64,000 bases of DNA from Trueperaceae bacterium (GTDB lineage Bacteria; Deinococcota; Deinococci; Deinococcales; Trueperaceae), in the NCBI GenBank assembly GCA_965215565.1, contig CBDCDZ010000004.1, positions 3,648,001-3,712,000 of the forward strand. The letters are read 5' to 3'. How positions within the stretch are numbered: position 1 is the first letter of the stretch; the number at the start of each line of letters is the position of its first letter. The position numbers and the translations under genes are program-made. The notes beneath the pieces are model-generated. The model was given only the letters and a program-made list of their open reading frames with translations. It ran no database searches and was not told the DNA's origin. Positions 11,789-18,975 of the stretch are shown here, piece after piece.

Positions 11789-11847
11789 ACTCTATTCAGC
11801 CGGCTGCTTTAGGTCTTTCGCCAAGTCTCACGTCGCGAAGCGTGAGC

Positions 11848-11979
11848 TAGCAAACAGTGCGTTAGATAAAGCAGTTCACAGAAGTACTGAATTGGAATAG
11901 CGCAAACATCATTTAAGAATGTGTGTGCTCGTCGGTGTTCTCCAACGTGAGACTGGCTCAAACCAAATGATACTTGCTA
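11848..11979 (+). repeat. TAGCA...TGCTA MITE-like element, copy 4 (degenerate)
   Basis: TAGCA start, AATGTGTGTGCT, CTCAAACCAAATGATACTTGCTA end. Confidence 0.6.
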
Positions 11980-11992
11980 TAGTATCTGAACG

Positions 11993-12769
11993 TCAGGCGG
12001 CGATAGGTAGCGCCCGGGTGAGTGCGCCGAGCATCTCTTCAGCGCTGCCGTAGCGCTCGCAAGGGTTGTGTAAGAGCGCCTTTTTGATGATAGGTGCTAG
12101 AGGCGCAGCCTCGTTTGGCAACGCGCCGAGATGCACAGTTGGGTCGCCCATGAGAAAGCGAAACACGTCTTTGCCGTAGGGGGGACCGCCCGTCACCATG
12201 TGGTAGAGCACCGCGCCTACCGCGTAGAGGTCACTTCTTGGATCGCGCCGCTCGCCCGCGAACTGCTCGGGCGGCATGTAGTTGGGCGTCCCCAAAGACA
12301 CGCCCTGCTGGGTGATCGCCGCGAGCGCTAAGTCTTTGGCGAAGCCGAAGTCTGTCAGGAGTGCCTTCTCGCCGTTGATGAGGATATTCGACGGCTTGAC
12401 GTCGCAGTGAATAACGTCACTCTTGTGGGCGTAGGCGAGCGCTTGGAGCACGTCCGTAGCAATCTTGATGCTCCGCTCTAAACTGAGCGTGCCTTGATTC
12501 AGCGCTTTCTCGAGCGACACGCCGGGGCAGTACGCAAAGATGAGGCTCATATCTTGCACAGCTAGGAGGGGCACGATGTTGTCGTGCTCCAAAAAGGTGA
12601 CCACCGCAGCTTCGCGCCCTAATCGGTTGGCGAGCGAGGGCGAACCCCCTCTAAGCTCTTTAACCACCACGAGTTTATCGTGCCAGCGGGCTAACTCGAC
12701 CCTCATAGGTCCGTGGTCCGAAAGTACGCGAATGGGAGTAAACATTGCCATAAGGTTATCATGTTTCAC
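11993..12769 (-). CDS. Small cytoplasmic Ser/Thr protein kinase
   Basis: VVVK, HCDVKPSN, DFG, GTPNYMPPE, SDLYAVG. The glycine-rich loop looks degenerate. Confidence 0.88.
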   Translation of the reverse strand: MKHDNLMAMFTPIRVLSDHGPMRVELARWHDKLVVVKELRGGSPSLANRLGREAAVVTFLEHDNIVPLLAVQDMSLIFAYCPGVSLEKALNQGTLSLERSIKIATDVLQALAYAHKSDVIHCDVKPSNILINGEKALLTDFGFAKDLALAAITQQGVSLGTPNYMPPEQFAGERRDPRSDLYAVGAVLYHMVTGGPPYGKDVFRFLMGDPTVHLGALPNEAAPLAPIIKKALLHNPCERYGSAEEMLGALTRALPIAA

Positions 12770-12772
12770 ATC

Positions 12773-13478
12773 TTAATAATCTTCATGGACAACGTGATTT
12801 TTCTTACTTTGAGTCTCAAGTGCGAGCTTCACCGCGCCCCCAACATGAGTTTGTAAGACGCGAACGCCGTGAGCCTGGAGCCGCTCCAAAACGCCCGTGT
12901 GTGGGTGCCCGTATCCATTTCTGCCGTAAGAAAGAACCGCCTGCTCGGGCTGCGCGGCCCTCAGGAGCGCGTCGGACGTTGAATGTTTCGAGCCGTGATG
13001 CGCCACCATTAAGATATCGACGTCGGGCACGAACAGCTCCCTTTCGACGGGGCTCGAGAGGTCCCCCAAAAAGAGCGCCTTAGTGCCTTTTACGTCCAGC
13101 ACAAAGGCCACCGAGTTGTCGTTGTCGCTCTCGTAAGGGACGGGCGGCGGGTTGAGAATCTCGAGGTCAGCCTCGCCTACGCTCAGCCTTTCGCCGCGCG
13201 TCACCTGCATCACCTTGACGCCCTTGCGCGCCGCAACCTCTAGGAGCGCGTCGAACACGGGTTTACCCGGTGCGGGTGCGCCGATGAGGAGCGTTTGCAC
13301 GGGCATGCCCTCTAATACACTGACGAGCCCTTCGATATGATCGGTGTCAGGGTGCGAGGCGACGACGAGTTCTAGTTCGTCCACCCCTTGCGCTCGCAGC
13401 GCAGGCAGCACCGTGCCCTTCCCCACGTCGAAATCGCTGAAGGGCGTCCCGCCCCCGTCCACTAAAATTTCGATGCGC
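12773..13478 (-). pseudogene. comEC: 3' portion (MBL/beta-lactamase domain) of competence protein ComEC/Rec2, cut by a transposon end
   Basis: R-IEILVDGGG...SHPDTDHIEG...NDNSV...LFLGD...HHGS...SYGRNGYGHP. The frame runs directly into the transposon terminus at 13479, and the DVGQGD motif and membrane domain are absent. Confidence 0.85.
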
Positions 13479-13545
13479 TGTCAGATACAATAATCTATGC
13501 GACTAAACAATAATCCTTGCGACTCTCACAATAATCTCTGCGACT
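13479..13545 (+). repeat. Transposon end: 8-bp terminus TGTCAGAT plus three TnsB-binding-type repeats
   Basis: ACAATAATCTATGCGACT (13487-13504), ACAATAATCCTTGCGACT (13507-13524), ACAATAATCTCTGCGACT (13528-13545). Same geometry as Tn7-family ends. Confidence 0.88.
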
Positions 13546-13562
13546 GACGTATACTCACCTGA

Positions 13563-15345
13563 GTGAGTGTCGTACCGCCTATCGACAAATTTGTTTTGGG
13601 GGACCAATTATACTTCCTCGACTGGATAGGCGGTGTGACGCACAATCCAGGAAAGTCCAGCGAGCCCCTCATGCAGGTATTCACGAGCCCGGTCATAACG
13701 AACAGCGGCGGCATGTCTTACGGAAAGCAGTTCGCTATGAACGTCGGCGTCGGTTTACTCCCTTACATGAAGATCGGCTCCCTCTGGTATGAAGGCAACC
13801 GTATCGGCCTGTTTCCTCTCCGCAAAGTCACCTTTAAGTTAAGAATCGCATCCGACAACCCCATCGTCTCGACGCTTCAGGAAGCTCTGGGAGATGAGCC
13901 CGGTGCGAGTAGGGGCGGGCGTACAGTACTCGGCACCGCTTTGTTCGACACGATAAGTCGAACGAACTGCTTGGTTTACCGTTATGACACGACGCGCAGA
14001 AAGAAGAGCATACTCAGTAGCATCATCTTCCCGGTCATGGAAATTGTCAGGTTCTACTACGCGACCGGGACGAGGCTTAGCAACGCCCTCTTCACGGGCG
14101 AGGTGCAAGGGGAGGACTTGTCGCGACTGTGCAGTGAGGGTTCGGGTCTCTATGACGACGTCGCCATCGTCAAGCTGAAGTCCGAATACGCCGACAGCTC
14201 TGCTTACATCATCGGCAGATGGCTGGGGTCGCCTCACGCCAGGGCGCAAGCGATTAAAATCTACCAGACTGTCCGCAAGGGAACCATCAACCGGCGGGCC
14301 GACCCTTCGAGCGATCTGCACGTGTCGCCGGAAGTCACCTTTCCCTTCCTCGGACCCACCGATCTGAGTGTCCAAGGCACTTACCTTACCCGAGAGAACG
14401 GCGAGCGACATTTCCTGGTCAGTCGTCTCCTACGCTGCACTGCACCTTTTCCCTACGAGGCGGTCACAGTCGAGCGTCCCCTCGGCAAGATCGAAGAGAC
14501 GTTAGAAGGAGAAGAGGGTAATCCCATCTACAGGCGACCCTTTACTCGGAAGCGCAAACCTAAAGGCAGAATCAAACATCACAACGAACCGAACCTCGGA
14601 CTCCGAACCCTGAGCATCGACCTTTACGAAGAGAACTTCCCCGACTTAGAGAACAAACCCCTCCACAAGACCTACGGGGAAGCCTATATCCACCGCACCA
14701 AGAAGCGGAAAGAGGGCGAGGAAGGGGACGATTTCTCGAGCGGCTCCGGCGTCCACGGCGGCTCGGGTCCTAGAGGTATCAGGCTCAACACCGATCCTGC
14801 GGACGAGCCTCCTAAAGCGCAGAAAAAGCGTGCCACGCCGGTGCAGTTGGCGTTCACTAAAGACGCGCTGGACACGCTCAGGGACGCATATAAAGTTCCC
14901 TATACGCTCCTCGATGCCGACGGTCAGGAACTATCAGAGGGGGAAGGATTCGCACTTCTCCCTAGCGAACTTCGGCTGCTGAACGACTGGGCGGAGTACG
15001 AGGTGGGTGAGGAACAACACGCGCCACGTCCTCATCGCCGAACTCGAGCACGAATCTGGGCTTTTCACCATCTTCGAGGTCGAGCGGCGACTGAGCGGCG
15101 AGAGCGGTCGCTACCGGATGCTCATCGCCCATCTGATCACGATGGGAAGTTTGCGGTGGAATGTCAAAGCGATGCTCCAGGTCTTTGCAGAGGAGCAAAG
15201 GGTGTTCCTACCCGAAAAGAAAGCGTTGCAGGCGCTCAAGCCCAAATATTTCAATCATAAGATCGGAGAGACTGCGCCGGAATTTGCCAAGAGAGTATTC
15301 GACTACATGGAGGCACTAGCGAAGCGATCCCGTAAAGAAGGGTGA
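13563..15345 (+). pseudogene. tnsE: TnsE-like target-selection protein, split by a +1 frameshift near 14980-15010
   Basis: IIFPVMEIVRFYY (cf. Tn7 TnsE HIPQLELARSLF), RWLGSP, FPFLGPTDLSVQG, FLVSRL. The second frame (15007-15345) supplies RHVLIAEL...FTIFEVE...NH...FAKRV, resembling the TnsE C-terminal domain. Confidence 0.68.
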
Positions 15346-15403
15346 TTCCCTCATCTTTAGGCGTGTTAAACTCCCCCGAACTAAATCAAGGGGGATAATT
15401 TTC

Positions 15404-15685
15404 ATGGCAAACATCTCGAAAGCCGACCTCGTAGACACGCTCGCCGGGGAAACCGAACTCAACAAGAGCCAGGCGAAAGACGCTTTGGAAGCGGTTCTGA
15501 GCACCATCACATCGCACCTCGAGAAAGAGGACAAGGTCACTTTAACCGGCTTCGGCACCTTTGAGGTGAGAGAGCGCAACGCCAGAGAAGGGGTCAAGCC
15601 GGGTACGAGCGAGAAGATTCAGATACCCGCGACTAAATACCCGGCGTTCAAAGCAGGAAAGAACCTCAAGGATCGCGTGAAGTAG
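15404..15685 (+). CDS. hup: HU family DNA-binding protein
   Basis: SKADLVD...LTGFGTFEVRERNAREG.KPGT.E.IQIPA...PAFKAGK.LK. Confidence 0.95.
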   Translation: MANISKADLVDTLAGETELNKSQAKDALEAVLSTITSHLEKEDKVTLTGFGTFEVRERNAREGVKPGTSEKIQIPATKYPAFKAGKNLKDRVK

Positions 15686-15718
15686 GCATTTATCTCGTTC
15701 AGCGCTTAAACTGTAAAG

Positions 15719-15985
15719 GTGACCAAGCCTTCCCTCTTCGACCCTGCCGTGCTCGATCAGTTGGAAGGCTTGAACGAGCGCTACGCCAAGCTGAGCGCTC
15801 GCATTGAAGAGCTGGAGGCCAGGATCGACGCGGGCGTAGCGTTCGACCTGCCGCCCGACACCGCGCAACTCGGCAGCTTGGTAGACACGCGACGTAGAGT
15901 CGAAGTTACGAAGTTTTCCGAAGGAAAGGAGGCTGTAGCGTTGCTCGAGACGCTCCTCAACGAGTTGAGAGAAGCAGCCCCTTAG
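15719..15985 (+). CDS. Hypothetical coiled-coil protein
   Basis: Compact ORF between HU and the sulfotransferase; TAAACT -10-like box 6 nt before GTG. Confidence 0.6.
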   Translation: MTKPSLFDPAVLDQLEGLNERYAKLSARIEELEARIDAGVAFDLPPDTAQLGSLVDTRRRVEVTKFSEGKEAVALLETLLNELREAAP

Positions 15986-16044
15986 TTCTGCTGCCACCTT
16001 CCCCAATCGCATCCTATCTAATCGTCTAGTTTAGGGAGGTTCTC

Positions 16045-16731
16045 ATGGCACTTCAAGTCATCGGCGCAGGCACAGGACGCACCGGCACTATGTCGCTCAA
16101 GCTCGCCCTAGAACAACTCGGCTACGGCAGGTGCTATCACATGGTCGAGCTGCTCCAACATCCCGAGGACGTGGTCCACTGGGAGCGGGCGAATAGGGGC
16201 GAGCCGGTGGACTGGGACACGCTCTTCGCAGGCTACCGTGCTACCGTGGATTACCCCGGCTACCTCCACTACAAGACGCTCATGCAGCGCTACCCTAATG
16301 CCAAAGTCATCCTTACCGTGCGCGACCCCGACGCCTGGTATGAAAGTGCTCTCGCGACGATCTACCGTGCCGAGCCCGGTTTGGCGCAAAAGCTCAAAAT
16401 GGGCTTAGCCCTCCCTTTCTCCCCGAAGCTCCGCAAGCTCCTGCGCGTGTTCCAGCTCTCGGGCGAGGTTTGGGAGCGGGAGTTCGAGGGCAGGTTCGAG
16501 GACAAGGACTTCGCGGTAGCGAGGTTCGAGCGGCACAACGAAGAGGTCAAGCGCACTGTGCCCGCCGACAAACTTCTCATCTATGAGGTCAAGCAGGGGT
16601 GGGGACCTCTTTGCGAGTTCCTGGAGGTATCCGTAGCCGACACGCCCTTTCCCCGCTCTAACGACCGACAGGCGTTTCAGGCGCAGCAGAGGCGGGGATT
16701 GCGAGCCTTACTCAGGAATGACATCGCTTAG
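16045..16731 (+). CDS. Sulfotransferase family protein (Sulfotransfer_4-like)
   Basis: VIGAG.GRTGT.SLK.ALE.LG, CYHM, AKVILTVRD...WY.S, GW.PLCEFL, FP..N. Confidence 0.88.
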   Translation: MALQVIGAGTGRTGTMSLKLALEQLGYGRCYHMVELLQHPEDVVHWERANRGEPVDWDTLFAGYRATVDYPGYLHYKTLMQRYPNAKVILTVRDPDAWYESALATIYRAEPGLAQKLKMGLALPFSPKLRKLLRVFQLSGEVWEREFEGRFEDKDFAVARFERHNEEVKRTVPADKLLIYEVKQGWGPLCEFLEVSVADTPFPRSNDRQAFQAQQRRGLRALLRNDIA

Positions 16732-16763
16732 CGGAGAGGTTGCTCAAAACCGTTCTTCACATG

Positions 16764-16800
16764 AAAGAACACCCGCTACTCGGTGTAGCGGGTGTTCTTT
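16764..16800. terminator. Intrinsic terminator (bidirectional-looking)
   Basis: AAAGAACACCCGCTAC-loop-GTAGCGGGTGTTCTTT perfect stem just after the sulfotransferase. Confidence 0.8.
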
Positions 16801-16904
16801 CGGTTCGAGTCGACATGTGGTGTCATTGTTGCGAGAAGCAACTGTAGAGCGTTGTTCCAACCTCTCATGCTACGGTCGCTGCTAGTCGATGCCTTCTGGC
16901 ATTT

Positions 16905-16945
16905 ATACCTAGGCGCTCCGCAAGCAAAGCGGAGCGCCTAGGTAT
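16905..16945 (-). terminator. Hairpin immediately after the lipoprotein stop codon
   Basis: ATACCTAGGCGCTCCG...CGGAGCGCCTAGGTAT, 16-bp perfect stem. Confidence 0.7.
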
Positions 16946-16948
16946 TTA

Positions 16949-18007
16949 CTATTGGAAGTTGAAAGAATCAGAGGTATTACAGGTGCCGGTTCTACCTCTA
17001 TCCGACGCCGTGTGAGTCGTCGACTCCGAGCCGGACACTTCGATGTTCAAGCCTGCAACCCAGTAAGGGATTCTAGGCAGCGCCGAACCGTAGCGGCTGC
17101 TGGTGTAAGTGCCTGTCCGACTGCCCACCTCTTTAACAACGGTTCCTGAAACTGTAACGTTTTTCCGAACGCTGAGGCTCAAGTCTCCTTTGTTGGGCGT
17201 GTATATCCGACCCACATTTCCGGTTCCGGCGAATAAGCCGTATACCGAGGGGTTTCCTGGTAACTTGATCCAGGTGAATTTTGCCGCGCCGCTTGCGCCC
17301 ACAACACGTCTGGCCCGGAGCCGTTTTTTGTAGTAGGTATCTACGCAGCTATCGGCGGCTAGCTCAGCTTTGGGGATCAGATATTCTTTGATGAAGGAAA
17401 TCAACCCTTGCGACTCCAAAACCGACGTACTCTCTACTGCGGCTGTAGAGCGCTCGATAGGGCTGTAGGCGACACCTAAATCCCTATTTGCCTGGGTGCT
17501 GAGAGACTCAGGCGTAGCAACAGCGCTCAGGTCGACCTGGGATAGAGAATCGACTGGGATAGCAACAATGTTATCGTCAGTGACAAGGTAAACGATGTCC
17601 GCGATCTGTACTAGACCCTTCTCGTTTAGAATACTTTGAAGGTAAGGGTCGTGAATGATGGTCCGGGGTAAGAGGTCTTGATCAGCGAGAGATTCACGCT
17701 CCTCTGCACTGAGTTGAGCGAAATCCTCCTCCATAGAGAGGTTTTGCTGCTCAATTGTGTGTCTTTCCGAAGTGTAGCCCATGCGTTGCTCGAGACTATT
17801 CAAGAACGCTTCATCCTGATTGATGAGGCTACCCCAATAGGTTGCGAAGGCGTCGAAATCCGGAAATGTAAGGCGACCGTCGACAAGCGACGCTTGAGCG
17901 GCAGAGTCGTATTCCTCTGGGGTTTGTACTGAGTTTTGCGTACCACACGCAGTTAAACCCACTGTTACAGACAGTAGTGCGACTAGTAGTAAGGATGTGC
18001 TTTTCAT
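16949..18007 (-). CDS. Hypothetical lipoprotein
   Basis: CAGGAG RBS, then MKSTSLLLVALLSVTVGLTAC (lipobox LTAC). Confidence 0.78.
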   Translation of the reverse strand: MKSTSLLLVALLSVTVGLTACGTQNSVQTPEEYDSAAQASLVDGRLTFPDFDAFATYWGSLINQDEAFLNSLEQRMGYTSERHTIEQQNLSMEEDFAQLSAEERESLADQDLLPRTIIHDPYLQSILNEKGLVQIADIVYLVTDDNIVAIPVDSLSQVDLSAVATPESLSTQANRDLGVAYSPIERSTAAVESTSVLESQGLISFIKEYLIPKAELAADSCVDTYYKKRLRARRVVGASGAAKFTWIKLPGNPSVYGLFAGTGNVGRIYTPNKGDLSLSVRKNVTVSGTVVKEVGSRTGTYTSSRYGSALPRIPYWVAGLNIEVSGSESTTHTASDRGRTGTCNTSDSFNFQ

Positions 18008-18250
18008 AATTATCTCCTGTTTGAAAGAACTCGGGTCAGTCAAAGCTGAATCCAACAGACGGGACTTTGGAAACTCAGGGGTGTGAGTGCCGAATGTTAG
18101 ATACTCGAACGAATCATGCTTACGGTGCTAAACGTAGCGTTGCTCCAGGCGCTTTGCAGCAAGGTGTCGAAATTTAGGTAGGATGTGCCCGCTCTACCTA
18201 TGCAGCTATGTACCGTGAAGAAAGCTTCCCTGCACCTACCTCCCTTTCTT

Positions 18251-18377
18251 TAGATTTAGGCTGTAAGCGTTACTAGTAACTTCAGCGATCAGTTGATCCA
18301 CTAACAACCTTGACCTAAATCAAAAGCCTTCGAGGGTTCCCGGACGGAGCCACAAATCCTGGAACCTATTTGGAACC
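18251..18377 (-). promoter_or_regulatory. Conserved cis-element copy A (GGTTCCA direct repeats plus structured leader)
   Basis: Colinear homolog of 60207-60328 (see findings). Confidence 0.7.
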
Positions 18378-18437
18378 AAATACAAGTAAGGCTGTAGGCA
18401 ACTTCGTTGAACTTGCGAAGCCGACAAGTAAGAAAGG

Positions 18438-18719
18438 ATGACGACCATGAAATATTTGCGCTTAGTTTGTCTTGGTATCCTCTTATTAGGGTTTGGTGCA
18501 CAGGTCTACGCCGAGCCAGCGCCCCCTTCGCAGGCTCAACACGAGAGCGAAGCGAGCGAGCATACCGACGCCGAAGACGCTTCTGGGCAGCATGAAGGTG
18601 GCTCGGACGAATCTACCGACCCTGAAGACCCAGGTGACTCAGTGGGGATGCCCTGTCCTTCAGGGGTCTGTGACAATAACGGGGGTGGCGCACGTAATCC
18701 GGTCGCTGCCGACCCGTGA
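18438..18719 (+). CDS. Small secreted acidic protein
   Basis: AAAGGA RBS, signal peptide ending VYA, acidic body, CPSGVC near the C-terminus. Confidence 0.6.
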   Translation: MTTMKYLRLVCLGILLLGFGAQVYAEPAPPSQAQHESEASEHTDAEDASGQHEGGSDESTDPEDPGDSVGMPCPSGVCDNNGGGARNPVAADP

Positions 18720-18781
18720 GCCTCAATTCAGTCCGCAGTTGAGGCGAAGCAGGACGAACCGAGCGCCCAGGCTGGCTTCTT

Positions 18782-18970
18782 ATGAACACGGTCGGAAAAG
18801 CGACGCCGGACGAGCAGGTTACCGAGCAGAGCACTGAGGACGAAGGACACGACGATTCCAAACAAATTCTGAAAGACCTCGAGATTGAGAAAGCTAAGGC
18901 GAGGGTGAAGGTTGCAGACGTCACCCTCGCCGCTTTAATCAGGCGACAACGCGAGAAAGATGAACCGTAG
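18782..18970 (+). CDS. Hypothetical small protein
   Basis: 62-aa ORF filling the gap before the convergent regulator. Confidence 0.35.
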   Translation: MNTVGKATPDEQVTEQSTEDEGHDDSKQILKDLEIEKAKARVKVADVTLAALIRRQREKDEP

Positions 18971-18975
18971 GTGCG

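Noticed and set aside
11219..11789. ORFs 11219-11581(-) and 11568-11789(+)
   Set aside because: They run across the palindromic repeat elements and have no protein-like features.
13487..13545. Three 18-bp repeats as a CRISPR array or iterons
   Set aside because: Gaps are only 2-3 bp, and the repeats begin 8 bp from a TGT that cuts comEC, which is transposon-end geometry.
18060..18240. Second lanthipeptide-like precursor downstream of cis-element copy A
   Set aside because: The RBS-GTG frame stops after 9 codons, and other frames lack a leader or SxxSxxC motif.
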